From an uncultured Candidatus Saccharibacteria bacterium (GTDB lineage: Bacteria > Patescibacteriota > Minisyncoccia > JAHISW01 > Tagabacteraceae), in NCBI GenBank assembly GCA_964601305.1, contig CAZRMW010000004.1:434-64433 (forward strand): a stretch of DNA of 64,000 nucleotides. Direction: 5' to 3'. The notes beneath the pieces are model-generated. The model was not told the origin of the DNA. It saw nothing but the letters and a program-made list of their open reading frames with translations, and ran no database searches. Shown here piece by piece: positions 1-9,388 of the stretch; position 1 is the first letter of the stretch, and every line of letters begins with the position of its first letter. Position numbers and translations under genes: made by a program.

Positions 1-1
1 T

Positions 2-3000
2 TTTGCAAGAATTGCGTTTGGCGATGAAAGCGATGATGATGTTGGTTTAATTAAATATCAACATACAACAAATGACATGAGGTTCCAGACAAACGGTGCT
101 GAGCAAGTAATAATAGACTCCTCAGGCAACGTGGGGATAGGGACAACGACGCCGGACTTTTTATTGCAAGTAGCTCAAAATGCAAATGCATTAAAATTGT
201 CTAATTATGCTAATACAACGAACCCAATTGAGATGAGAGTTGTTAGACAAAGAACAAGCGGAGCAAACAATGGTTCAACCGACGATATCTTTACATTGTC
301 TGGGTACAAGAGAGCAAGTGGTACTGATGATGAAGTTGCTGCTATTAAATTTATCGGTACTGGTAGTTCAGCTGATGAAGCTAATATTACTTTTTCAACA
401 GCTAATACAGGAGGAGCTTTAACAGAACAAATGAGGATTCAAGATGACGGCAACGTGGGGATTGGGACGAATAGTCCAAACCAGAAGCTACATGTTAACG
501 TAGCTAATGCAGTTTCTGAGAATGTTAATTTCGCGGTGTATGGAAAAATTGCCGGGGCGGCTACATGGGATACAGCCGGTGGATCATTTGCAAATATTGG
601 TACAGGAACCGGAACAAATTATGGAGTTAGTGGAACTGCTTCAGGAGCGGGTACAACTAATATTGGTGGTCATTTTTTGGCTGCAGGAGCGACGAATAAC
701 TATGGTTTAATTGTAAGTTCTGGCAACGTCGGCATTGGTACCACAACACCAGAAACATTATTGAACATACGTGGTACGGATAATACAGAATTTTTGAGAT
801 TAACCGAATCGAATTTTAATTCAGATGCAGGATTAGGTATGGAAGTGCAAGGATCTCAAACAGGGATGAGCTTCTATGTAAATGGAACACAAAAAATGAT
901 GCTAGAAGCTGATGGAGGTGTATCTATAGGAACAAATTACCAAGGTGCGACTAATCCTCCAGCCAACGGTTTGATAGTGGAAGGCAACGTGGGGATAGGG
1001 ACTGTTAGTCCAGAATCAGCACTTACTGTTCAAGACGAAGACGCACAAACAAACGCAGTTCAAAATGTATTAAATATATGGAGGAGTACAACAGGAACTG
1101 CAGCAACAGGATTAGGTGCTGGGATAATGTTCCAACTAGAAGATGACGCAGATTCACTTAGAGGAGCAGGAACAATTGGTTCTAAATGGAAATCTGCAGC
1201 GAATGGTTCCCCTCAAGCTAATTTGTTTTTTGATGACCGTGCTGGAACTACTATTATGACATTAGAACATGGCGGCAACGTGGGGATTGGGACGACGAAC
1301 CCTAATTATAAACTGGAAGTAAATGGTACAGCCTCTACAACTCGTCTATTACTTCCTACAAATAATGACCCAACAACCCCAACAGTGTCTTTTGGGGATG
1401 GCGACACTGGTTTATATGAGGTTGGAGATGACACTATTTCTTGGGCTTTTGGTGGTGCAAGAATATGGACAATAACAAGTAGTAAATTCGCATCGGAAAT
1501 TACAGGTGGTGCTCTATTGGATAGAACTGCATCTAGCGCAACAAACCCAGCACATGCATTTTTTGCCGATGAAGACACTGGAATAGGTAGAGCAGCCGCA
1601 GATACTCTTTCACTTATTACTGCAGCTACGGAAAGAATGCGTATCGACTCCTCTGGCAATGTCGGGATTGGTGTTACAGACCCAGACGAAAAACTAGAAG
1701 TTGCAGGAGCATCTCATTTTGGTAATAGGATAGATATTTATAAGGGCGGAAATGCAACTAAGGTTGCAAATTTAGGTGCTAATGATGATATAGGTTTGTC
1801 TGGTCCAGCGTCAACTGATTTTGTAATTAAAACAACAGAAGCAACGTCAGGCTTTCATGTAAGCACTAGCGGTGATAGTACACCGAATTTTAGTATTATA
1901 GATAGTGGCAACGTCGGCATCGGTACGACGAGTCCAGATGCTGGGTTAGTTGTTAATAAGTCGGGGCTTAATGCTGGTATGATTATAGAAGGCACTTCGG
2001 CGTCGTTGGGTTTTAGGGATACAGAAGCTGGTCACGATGATTTTAGGATTTTAAATGATGCCGATAAATTAAAAATTGGAGTTGATACGGGTGATGTTTT
2101 TTCTAGCGTGTCAAATCTAGTTACAATTCAACAGGACGGCAACGTCGGCATCGGGACTACGGGTCCAGGATATCAATTAGAAGTTAATGTGGATGCAAAC
2201 AGTGAAGGAATAGGTTTAAAGACTGGAGGGACACTACTGGCAGCAATTGAACGTGAAGATACAGACGCAGGAAAACTAGTATTATATGATGGTGCAGCCG
2301 GCAAAATAAAGCTTAATGCTGATGCAGGTGAAGATAGTTGGATTAACAACGGTGGCAATGTCGGCATCGGCACGACGAGTCCGGCATATGTTTTCGAATC
2401 TTATACAAGCGGAAATAATTTTGCTCTAAGTGCAGATTGTGGTGGAGAAGGTGGTTGTGTTTCGATAAAGACCGAAGACGATGCCTCTGGAATTTCTTAT
2501 TATGTGCATGCTAGAGACAAAAATAATCTAGATACAGGATTTCTTTTAGCAGACGGAGGAACTTTTCAGCTGTCCGATGTATCTGACAGAAGATTAAAGA
2601 AAAATATTCGAGAGACTTCTATCAATGGGTTGGAGGTGATAAACAATATAGATGTAAGAGATTTTGAATGGATAGAAAATGATACTACGGTTGTGGGTGG
2701 TTTTATAGCGCAGGAATTACAGTTGGCATTTGCTCCAGCAGCATTTGGCGATCCAGATTCAGACCAAATGATGTCTATCTCCAGAGACAGGTTGGTGCCG
2801 GTTATAATTAAATCTATTCAAGAAATAAGCGACACAATACACATCTCTGAAGAAGGCTATGTAGGACTAGGAAACTTCGATGGACTCACAGCAAGCACAA
2901 CACCACAATACAAGATGCATGTACTAGGCGACGTAGCCGCAGAAAGCTTTGTAAACATCTCCACACAAGAATCTAAGAAAGACATAGAGTACTACACAGA

Positions 3001-3880
3001 AACTAAATACGAAAATGCCCTCACAAAGATAAAAGAAATGAAAGTAGCTAGCTATAACTATGTGAATGATGAATGTGGAATAACGAATGAAGAATGTGAG
3101 CCACAACGACTTGGCCTAATAGCAGAAGAATCCCCAGAAGAAGTACTATCTCTAGACGGCAAAGGAGTAGATCTCTACAAATTATCTTCTTTTATGCTCG
3201 CAGGTCTTAAAGAAACCATAAACAAAGTAGACGAACTAGAAGTGAGAGTAGATAGCCTGGAAGATTTAGTCTCAAACTATGGTAGTTCAACTACGATAGT
3301 TTTGGATGAGCCAGGGCTATTTGGCAGAATGGTAGTATGGCTTACAGACAAAATTCTTTATGTAAAAAGTTTAATTGTAAACGATAAAATTTGCGTAGGG
3401 GAAACTTGTGTAGACGAAAATACACTTAAGGCGCTACTAGAAAATGCAGGGCAAGTGGCTACGACGACACCGAACTCAATTAGCGAAGTTGAACTTCCTT
3501 CGGAAGTGTCAACTTCAACCCCTCAAGACACTACCCCACCAACAATAACCCTACAAGGAAACAACCCAGCTACAGTGAGTATTGGCGCAGAGTACCACGA
3601 CCTAGGAGTAACAATCACAGATAACATGGATAGCAACCTAGGCTACGAAGTATGGAGAAACGGAGAATACCTCGACAGAAACCTTACAGGAGTAAGTGTA
3701 GATACCCAGCCGCAACTTTCGGATGCAGGCGGGCAGGCCAGCACTACAATACATACCATAAGCTACGTAGCGCAAGACCAAGCTGGCAATGTAGCGACAA
3801 GTACGAGAACCATTATAGTATCTGTTGGAGGTCCGACCTCCCTCACAGAAGAAACTGCTACAACAACCCCAACAGAATAA
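2..3880 (+). CDS. Large secreted repeat protein, 5'-partial (open to the window edge). About nine ~100-aa repeats each carry a GNVGIGT(T/S)xP motif. The C-terminus has a peptidase S74 intramolecular-chaperone domain (SDRRLKKNI...GGFIAQEL) and an Ig-like DUF5011-type domain. Phage tail-fibre-like adhesin.
   Basis: ORF 77..3880 of 1267 aa. The frame stays open from nt 2 with no stop and no RBS before the ATG at 77, and Met77 sits in repeat register (MRF/MRI before SSGNVGIG). Matching DNA repeats GGCAACGT(G/C)GG(G/C)AT(A/T/C)GG occur at ~126, 451, 721, 975, 1273, 1656, 1905, 2137 and 2353. The motif SDRRLKKNI plus IAQE matches the endosialidase/tail-fibre chaperone signature. TITLQGNNPATVSIGAEYHDLGVTITD is DUF5011-like. 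Confidence 0.6.
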   Translation, partial: FARIAFGDESDDDVGLIKYQHTTNDMRFQTNGAEQVIIDSSGNVGIGTTTPDFLLQVAQNANALKLSNYANTTNPIEMRVVRQRTSGANNGSTDDIFTLSGYKRASGTDDEVAAIKFIGTGSSADEANITFSTANTGGALTEQMRIQDDGNVGIGTNSPNQKLHVNVANAVSENVNFAVYGKIAGAATWDTAGGSFANIGTGTGTNYGVSGTASGAGTTNIGGHFLAAGATNNYGLIVSSGNVGIGTTTPETLLNIRGTDNTEFLRLTESNFNSDAGLGMEVQGSQTGMSFYVNGTQKMMLEADGGVSIGTNYQGATNPPANGLIVEGNVGIGTVSPESALTVQDEDAQTNAVQNVLNIWRSTTGTAATGLGAGIMFQLEDDADSLRGAGTIGSKWKSAANGSPQANLFFDDRAGTTIMTLEHGGNVGIGTTNPNYKLEVNGTASTTRLLLPTNNDPTTPTVSFGDGDTGLYEVGDDTISWAFGGARIWTITSSKFASEITGGALLDRTASSATNPAHAFFADEDTGIGRAAADTLSLITAATERMRIDSSGNVGIGVTDPDEKLEVAGASHFGNRIDIYKGGNATKVANLGANDDIGLSGPASTDFVIKTTEATSGFHVSTSGDSTPNFSIIDSGNVGIGTTSPDAGLVVNKSGLNAGMIIEGTSASLGFRDTEAGHDDFRILNDADKLKIGVDTGDVFSSVSNLVTIQQDGNVGIGTTGPGYQLEVNVDANSEGIGLKTGGTLLAAIEREDTDAGKLVLYDGAAGKIKLNADAGEDSWINNGGNVGIGTTSPAYVFESYTSGNNFALSADCGGEGGCVSIKTEDDASGISYYVHARDKNNLDTGFLLADGGTFQLSDVSDRRLKKNIRETSINGLEVINNIDVRDFEWIENDTTVVGGFIAQELQLAFAPAAFGDPDSDQMMSISRDRLVPVIIKSIQEISDTIHISEEGYVGLGNFDGLTASTTPQYKMHVLGDVAAESFVNISTQESKKDIEYYTETKYENALTKIKEMKVASYNYVNDECGITNEECEPQRLGLIAEESPEEVLSLDGKGVDLYKLSSFMLAGLKETINKVDELEVRVDSLEDLVSNYGSSTTIVLDEPGLFGRMVVWLTDKILYVKSLIVNDKICVGETCVDENTLKALLENAGQVATTTPNSISEVELPSEVSTSTPQDTTPPTITLQGNNPATVSIGAEYHDLGVTITDNMDSNLGYEVWRNGEYLDRNLTGVSVDTQPQLSDAGGQASTTIHTISYVAQDQAGNVATSTRTIIVSVGGPTSLTEETATTTPTE

Positions 3881-3969
3881 TGTTAGTATTGGTATCCGAA
3901 GGAGATCAGATCTCCTTCAGAAAGGTGCAAAAGGTTGAATAAATTTTGTATTTTTGATAAGGTTATTTT

Positions 3970-4329
3970 ATGGTGAAAAAACAAAAAAAAGAGCCAACAT
4001 CAAGTGATATTTTAGATGCTATTAATAATTTTGCTACTGGTGTAGACAAACGTTTTGATGGTGTAGACAAACGTTTTGATAAAATCGAAGAGAGATTAGA
4101 CAATATAGAGGAGGATATTGTTGAAATGAAAGAAGACATTAGACAAATAAAACTTGAAATAAAAAGTGTTTGGGGTAAACTCGAGGAAATAGAAAAGAGA
4201 TTAGAAAGACTAGAAAAAACAACAAAAGAAGACACAGATACGCTTTCTATAGACGTTTTGAATTTAAGAAAAAAAGTAGAATTTTTAGAAGGCGAAATAA
4301 AGGAACTTCAATTAGTTAATGCAAAATAA
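3970..4329 (+). CDS. Small coiled-coil protein of unknown function, with an exact 21-nt tandem duplication (GVDKRFD x2).
   Basis: 119-aa charged heptad-rich ORF. The DNA segment ggtgtagacaaacgttttgat occurs twice in tandem at 4039-4080. Confidence 0.4.
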   Translation: MVKKQKKEPTSSDILDAINNFATGVDKRFDGVDKRFDKIEERLDNIEEDIVEMKEDIRQIKLEIKSVWGKLEEIEKRLERLEKTTKEDTDTLSIDVLNLRKKVEFLEGEIKELQLVNAK

Positions 4330-4332
4330 AAT

Positions 4333-5022
4333 ATGTCTGAATCAAAAAATAATTTAAAGATAAAAGCTGAAAAAAGAGATATCTTTGGTAAAAAGCTAAG
4401 AGAATCAAGAAAAGAAGGCAAGTTGCCTGCTGTTTTTTACCCGTCCAAAGGCCGGGCAGGCGGTTCTAAAAAAGAAAGCACCTCTATTTTTATAGATCAA
4501 AGCGAATTTGGCAGAGCTTGGAAGAAAGCCGGAGAGTCTACAGTATTAGATTTAGAAGTAGACAATAAAGTTATTCCAGTTTTAATTTACAAAGTAGATT
4601 TAAACCCTCTTACAAGTGAACCAATTCATGTAGATTTTTACGCAGTGGATATGACTAAAAAAGTTTCTACTACAGTGCCGTTTTCTTTTGTGGGAGAAGC
4701 TCCTGCAGTAAAGCTTGGAGGCACACTAGTTGAAGTGATGAGGGAAATAGAAGTAGAAGCTATGCCAGCAGATTTACCTCACGAGATAGAGGTAGATGTT
4801 TCTGTTTTAGAAAACTTTGAAAGTAAAATAACAATTGGAGATCTAAAAATACCAGAAGGTGTAAGTGTTTCCGCAGAAAAAGAAGATGTAATAGCTTTTG
4901 TAGAAGAAGCCAAGGAAGAAGAGGAAGAAGTGCTAGAAGAAGCTGTAAGTGTTGCTGATATTGAGGTAGAGAAGAAAGGAAAACAAGAAGATGAATCAGA
5001 AGGAGAAACTCCTTCTGAATAG
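4333..5022 (+). CDS. rplY: Ribosomal protein bL25 (general stress protein Ctc family) with an acidic C-terminal tail.
   Basis: The N-terminal KRDIFGKKLRESRKEGKLPAVFY motif is typical of L25/Ctc. 229 aa with an E-rich tail. Confidence 0.75.
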   Translation: MSESKNNLKIKAEKRDIFGKKLRESRKEGKLPAVFYPSKGRAGGSKKESTSIFIDQSEFGRAWKKAGESTVLDLEVDNKVIPVLIYKVDLNPLTSEPIHVDFYAVDMTKKVSTTVPFSFVGEAPAVKLGGTLVEVMREIEVEAMPADLPHEIEVDVSVLENFESKITIGDLKIPEGVSVSAEKEDVIAFVEEAKEEEEEVLEEAVSVADIEVEKKGKQEDESEGETPSE

Positions 5023-5054
5023 TAACTAGTAACAAGTAACGGGTAACTAGTAAA
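5021..5054. repeat. Heptamer array, about five copies of AGTAAC(N). Left arm of a ~30-bp imperfect inverted repeat that encloses the four-helix-bundle gene.
   Basis: The sequence agtaactagtaacaagtaacgggtaactagtaaa lies directly between the rplY stop and the 5055 ATG. It is the reverse complement of the array at 5433-5467. Confidence 0.8.
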
Positions 5055-5426
5055 ATGGAAAATAGTATAAAAAATTTCTATGATTTAGAGGCCTGGAAAA
5101 AAGGACATGCTTTGGTTTTGAGTATCTATAAAATTACAGAAAGTTTTCCTAAAGAGGAAACATACGGTATAATTAGTCAACTAAGGAGAGCTTCTAGTTC
5201 TATTACTGCAAATATTGCTGAGGGGTTTGCTCGTTATCATTTTAGAGACAAAATTAGGTTTTATCACAATGCACGCGGCTCAGTTGCGGAGGTTCAAAAT
5301 TTTTTACTTTTAGCAAAGGATCTAAAATTTATTGGTTTAGATATATGTAAAAATTTAGGGAGAGAAGCAGTAGGTGTAAGTAAATTAATAAATGGCTTAA
5401 TAAAATCAATTGAGAAACAAATATAA
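5055..5426 (+). CDS. Four-helix-bundle protein (TIGR02436-type; the family typically encoded in 23S rRNA intervening sequences).
   Basis: 123 aa with YDLEAWKKGHAL...ITESFPKEE..YGIISQLRRASSSITANIAEGFAR...ARGSVAEVQ, a signature of this family. Confidence 0.75.
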   Translation: MENSIKNFYDLEAWKKGHALVLSIYKITESFPKEETYGIISQLRRASSSITANIAEGFARYHFRDKIRFYHNARGSVAEVQNFLLLAKDLKFIGLDICKNLGREAVGVSKLINGLIKSIEKQI

Positions 5427-6810
5427 AAAAAATTACTTGTTACTTGTTACTTGTTACTTGTTACTTGTCGTAGGCGGTGGTTTTGTTTTTGCTGAAGAAA
5501 TTAATGTGGAAAAAGCTCGCGCAGAGCTAGAAGCTGAATTGGCAGAGCTTGAAAAGCAGATGGAAGGATATAATGAAATAATAAAAGGAAAGCAAAGAGA
5601 GGCCACTTCTTTTGAAAGAGACATATCTATATTAGACGCTAAAATAAACAAAGCAAAAGCTGCTATACGATCCAGAAATCTTTCTATAGGCAAGTTAAAC
5701 TCTGGCATAGAAGACAAGAAAATATTTATAGGAGATTTAGATAAAAAAATAGAAGCTGAAAAAATTTCTTTAGCAGAGCTGATAAGAAGAGTAAATGAAA
5801 TGGACACTACAAGTGTAGTAGAAATTCTTTTGGGGTATGATTCTCTCTCGGAATTTTTTGAAGACTTCAGTTCTTTTGAGTCTATACAAAAAGAATTGCA
5901 AGTTTCTTTAGCGGAAATCAGAGGAACCCAAGAGTTAACAGAGAAGGAAAAAGAACAGCTCGAAGAAAAAAAACTAGGAGAGGTTGAATTAAAATCTATT
6001 CAAGAACTTGAAAAGAGAGGGCTTGAAGTAAAAGAAAACGAAAAACAAACACTACTTAAAATTACAAAAGGCGAGGAAGAAAAATACCAGAAAATTTTGG
6101 AAGAAAAAGAGAAATCTGCAGCTGAAATAAGAACAAGAATTTTCCGCTTGTTTGGTGGGGGAGAGTTAAGTTTTGCAGAGGCTGTAAAAATAGCCAAGAT
6201 TGCTGAAAAGGCTAGTGGTATCAGATCTGCTTTCATTTTGGCAGTGTTGGCACAAGAATCGGCACTAGATGGAGTTATTGGTAGAAATTTGGGGCAATGT
6301 TTTTATAATACACACGCAAGCAATTCTAGTGGCACTGTAATGAGTAAAAGCCAAAAGCCTTCGTTTTTGGCAATTATGAAAGAAATTGGTATGGATCCAA
6401 ACAACACTCCGGTTTCTTGCCCAATAGTTTCCGATGGGGCTCATGGTGGAGCGATGGGGCCCGCTCAGTTTATGCCAAGAACATGGTGGGATATAAATTC
6501 TAAAACTGGATACAAAAAAAGAATAGCTCAAATTACTGGCAACAATCCCCCTTCGCCATTTAATAATTCTGACGCTTTTGTGGGAACCTCGCTCTATTTA
6601 AAAGATGCTTACAATTCGAGTGCCTGCAAAAAATATGGCACAGAAAATAAACACATTTCTCCAGAACAATTGCTTAGAGAAAGGTGTGCGGCTGCGAGAT
6701 ACTATGCAGGTGGCGCTTGGTATAAATTTAGATGGGCTTATGGCGAGCCTGTTGTGGAGAGAGCTGCAGAGTTTCAGAAAGATATAAATTTAATAACCAA
6801 TACTCAATAA
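5410..6810 (+). CDS. Secreted coiled-coil protein with a C-terminal MltB-like (SLT_2) lytic murein transglycosylase domain.
   Basis: It has a signal peptide and ~230 aa of E/K-rich coiled coil. The C-terminus carries LAQESAL (catalytic Glu context), GGAMGPAQFMPRTW and NNSDAFVGTSLYLKDA, matching MltB-family motifs. Confidence 0.6.
   Translation: MRNKYKKNYLLLVTCYLLLVVGGGFVFAEEINVEKARAELEAELAELEKQMEGYNEIIKGKQREATSFERDISILDAKINKAKAAIRSRNLSIGKLNSGIEDKKIFIGDLDKKIEAEKISLAELIRRVNEMDTTSVVEILLGYDSLSEFFEDFSSFESIQKELQVSLAEIRGTQELTEKEKEQLEEKKLGEVELKSIQELEKRGLEVKENEKQTLLKITKGEEEKYQKILEEKEKSAAEIRTRIFRLFGGGELSFAEAVKIAKIAEKASGIRSAFILAVLAQESALDGVIGRNLGQCFYNTHASNSSGTVMSKSQKPSFLAIMKEIGMDPNNTPVSCPIVSDGAHGGAMGPAQFMPRTWWDINSKTGYKKRIAQITGNNPPSPFNNSDAFVGTSLYLKDAYNSSACKKYGTENKHISPEQLLRERCAAARYYAGGAWYKFRWAYGEPVVERAAEFQKDINLITNTQ
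5433..5467. repeat. Heptamer array (TTACTTG)x5, the reverse complement of the 5021-5054 array. Right arm of the inverted repeat around the four-helix-bundle gene. It also encodes part of the signal peptide of the next gene.
   Basis: The sequence is ttacttgttacttgttacttgttacttgttacttgt. Translated in the frame of ORF 5410 it gives LLLVTCYLLLV. Confidence 0.8.
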
Positions 6811-6830
6811 TCAATATTCAATACTAAAAA

Positions 6831-7604
6831 CTACTTTTTCTTCTTTTCCTTAGACTTTTCTATATACTTTATTATTTTATCTAAATTTCCGTCTAAAATC
6901 TTGTCTATGTTATGCCAAGATTTTTTAAAGCGATGATCGGTAATTCTATCTTGCATAAAATTATAGGTTCGTATTTTCTCGGATCTATCTTGTGTGCCAA
7001 CTTGGTCTCTTCTAAGTTCGCTTACAGAGGCTACTTTTTCTTCTTGCATAGCTTGCATTAGTCTTGCGGTAAGTATTCTCATGGCTTCTTCCCTGTTTCT
7101 TTGTTGGTTTCTTTCCCCTTCGCACCTTACGACAAGCCCAGTTGGTTTGTGAGTAAGTCTTACAGCTGTTTCTACTTTGTTTACATTTTGCCCTCCTTTC
7201 CCCCCAGAGTGAGTAAAGCTCATTTCTATGTCTTCCGGTTTTATTTCCATTTTTTGCTCTGGAAATATTGGAAGTAAAGAAACAGAAGCTGTAGATGTGT
7301 GTATTCGCCCAGATTTTTCTGTTGATGGTATTCTTTGTACACGATGAACCCCAGATTCGTGCGCTAGTTTTTTTGGAGCTTCTGCGTTTTTTATTTTAAA
7401 AGCAACTTCTTTTATTCCCCCCAAGTCATCTTTGGATTTACTTATAAGGTTCATTTTCCAATTTTTAGATTCTGCGTACTTTGTGTACATTCTATATAAA
7501 TCATCAGCAAAAAGCGCAGCTTCTTTTCCTCCTGCGCCAGCACGAATTTCAACTATTACACCAGTTGGTGTGTCTGCATTGTTTTGTTGTATGTTATAGT
7601 CCAC
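6831..7604 (-). CDS. prfA: Peptide chain release factor 1, short form (257 aa) lacking the N-terminal domain 1.
   Basis: [18 protein letters not shown] is the RF1-type PxT tripeptide region. The GGQ motif is [24 protein letters not shown]. The PST-to-GGQ spacing matches RF1, and only a 124-nt intergenic region lies upstream. The gene sits next to rpmE, as in the canonical prfA context. Confidence 0.75.
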   Translation of the reverse strand: MDYNIQQNNADTPTGVIVEIRAGAGGKEAALFADDLYRMYTKYAESKNWKMNLISKSKDDLGGIKEVAFKIKNAEAPKKLAHESGVHRVQRIPSTEKSGRIHTSTASVSLLPIFPEQKMEIKPEDIEMSFTHSGGKGGQNVNKVETAVRLTHKPTGLVVRCEGERNQQRNREEAMRILTARLMQAMQEEKVASVSELRRDQVGTQDRSEKIRTYNFMQDRITDHRFKKSWHNIDKILDGNLDKIIKYIEKSKEKKKK

Positions 7605-7728
7605 CTTATTTAACTTTAACTATTTAAAAAATTTACAATTTCTAATTTTTAATTTTCAAACGTTTTAAAATTGGATTTTTGAAAATTTGTTGAAAATTGA
7701 GAACTGAAAATTGAGAATTATAAAAAAC

Positions 7729-7989
7729 TTATTTTTTCGTTTTCGAGAGTTTTTTATCTGTTTTCGGTTTTTTAATAACCTTGAGTTGTTTTTTTGCTGC
7801 TCGAGTTTTGAATTTTTCAACTCTACCAGCGGTGTCTATAATTTTCTTTTTGCCAGTAAAAAAAGGATGACAGTTGGCACAAATCTCTACCTCCATATCT
7901 TTTTTGGTGGAGCCTGTTTTAATTTTATTTCCACAAACACACTTTATTGTAGTGTTTGTATTGTATTCCGGGTGTATATCTTTTTTCAT
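7729..7989 (-). CDS. rpmE: Ribosomal protein bL31 with a Lys-rich C-terminal extension.
   Basis: [10 protein letters not shown]...CxC...[11 protein letters not shown] matches the L31 zinc-ribbon pattern. Confidence 0.8.
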   Translation of the reverse strand: MKKDIHPEYNTNTTIKCVCGNKIKTGSTKKDMEVEICANCHPFFTGKKKIIDTAGRVEKFKTRAAKKQLKVIKKPKTDKKLSKTKK

Positions 7990-8085
7990 GATTTTGAATT
8001 AAAAATTAATAGACTTGCAAAAACTAGATTAATTGTCTAAACTAGTCCTTATGCTGTACTAAGTATAGCAACAAGCCAATATATT

Positions 8086-8895
8086 ATGGATACCAAATTA
8101 AAAGATAAAAAGCAAGCCATGCCTGCCGGAAGGCAGGAAGAAACATTAAAAGAAAGCGAAGAAATGTATCGCAGAGGTTTTCATTTTGGGTATTCTGGGG
8201 CTTCTAGCCATCCTAAGATGAAAAGCTATATTTTTGGAAATCGCAATAATACAGAGATTTTTAACTTAGAAAAATCTTTTTCGTGTCTTGAGGATGCAAA
8301 GTCTTTCGTCGAAGAACTGGGCTCTAGAAATGCAAAAATTCTATTTGTTGGCACAAAGCCAGGAATAAGGGGTCTTGTTGAAAAATTTGCAAATAGTATT
8401 GATATGCCATATGTGTCTGGAAGATGGCTTGGGGGTACATTAACAAACTTAAAAACTATTAGAAAAAGAGTAGGGTCTTTAAAAGATCTTAGGGAAGAAA
8501 AGGAAGCCACAAATTTTTCAAATTACATCAAAAAAGAGGCGGTAAGATTAGAAAAAAAGATGGCCAAACTTGAAAGATATTTTGGTGGTCTTCAGGATTT
8601 TAAAAATCTTCCAGCAGCGTTAGTTATAGTAGACCCAAAGGAGGAAAAATCTGCAGTAGCAGAAGCACAAAAAACAAATATACCAACTATATCTCTTTTG
8701 AATAGCGATTGTAATCCTGAAGGTTTGGATTATATAGTTCCTGGAAACGACAATACAAATTTAAGTGTTGAGTATTTTTTAGAAAAAATAGCGGCTGCAT
8801 ATGCAGATGGAGTGAAAAAACCTAAAAAAGAAGAAACCCTAGACGAACAAAGTTCGTCGGGTAAAGAAGAGGTTGTGGAAAAAACTGGAAATTAA
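8086..8895 (+). CDS. rpsB: Ribosomal protein uS2.
   Basis: FHFGYSG.SSHPKM...ILFVGTKP...GGTLTN motifs are present. Confidence 0.85.
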   Translation: MDTKLKDKKQAMPAGRQEETLKESEEMYRRGFHFGYSGASSHPKMKSYIFGNRNNTEIFNLEKSFSCLEDAKSFVEELGSRNAKILFVGTKPGIRGLVEKFANSIDMPYVSGRWLGGTLTNLKTIRKRVGSLKDLREEKEATNFSNYIKKEAVRLEKKMAKLERYFGGLQDFKNLPAALVIVDPKEEKSAVAEAQKTNIPTISLLNSDCNPEGLDYIVPGNDNTNLSVEYFLEKIAAAYADGVKKPKKEETLDEQSSSGKEEVVEKTGN

Positions 8896-8919
8896 TTAAA
8901 TAATTGCTAAAATAGCACT

Positions 8920-9372
8920 ATGGATATAGATACAAATAGAATTAAATCTTTGCGAGACAAAACAGGAGTTTCTATAATGCTTTGTAAAAAAGCGCTGGAG
9001 GATTCTGGTGGTGACGAAGACAAAGCTTTAGAATGGCTAAAGAAAAATGGAGTTAGTGTTGCTGAAAAAAAATCAAGTAGAGATACAAAATCAGGTTTGG
9101 TGGAAGCGTATATACACAACAACGGGCAAGTTGGAGTACTTTTAGAAATAAAATGCGAGACGGACTTTGTTGCAAAAAACCCAGACTTTAAAGAGGTGGC
9201 ACATAACATAGCTATGCAGATTGCTGCTTCAGATCCTGCAGATGTGGATTCTTTGTTAGAGCTAGATTACATAAAAAATTCTGATTTAACTGTTTCTGCA
9301 TATATAAACGAGGCAATACAAAAATTTGGAGAAAATATGGAGATAACTCGATTTGAACGTTTTGCATTATAA
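8920..9372 (+). CDS. tsf: Elongation factor Ts, short form (150 aa).
   Basis: IKSLRDKTGVSIMLCKKALEDSGGDEDKALEWLKKNGV is the UBA-like N-terminus, and GVLLEIKCETDFVAKN is the core. Confidence 0.8.
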   Translation: MDIDTNRIKSLRDKTGVSIMLCKKALEDSGGDEDKALEWLKKNGVSVAEKKSSRDTKSGLVEAYIHNNGQVGVLLEIKCETDFVAKNPDFKEVAHNIAMQIAASDPADVDSLLELDYIKNSDLTVSAYINEAIQKFGENMEITRFERFAL

Positions 9373-9388
9373 ATAAAACTATTTTAAG

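Noticed and set aside
240-3942. Short ORFs nested in or antisense to the large repeat protein (240..422, 507..710, 1306..1659, 2173..2373, 2924..3106, 3652..3942).
   Set aside because: They are embedded within a long, domain-bearing ORF and lack RBSs and motifs. They are treated as spurious. Similar antisense ORFs inside rpoB, rpoC, dnaE, gyrB, pheT, smc, lepA and murJ were also discarded.
5021-5467. Heptamer arrays as a CRISPR-like array.
   Set aside because: The units are 7 nt with no spacers, no cas genes, and an inverted arrangement around a single gene. They do not form a CRISPR array.
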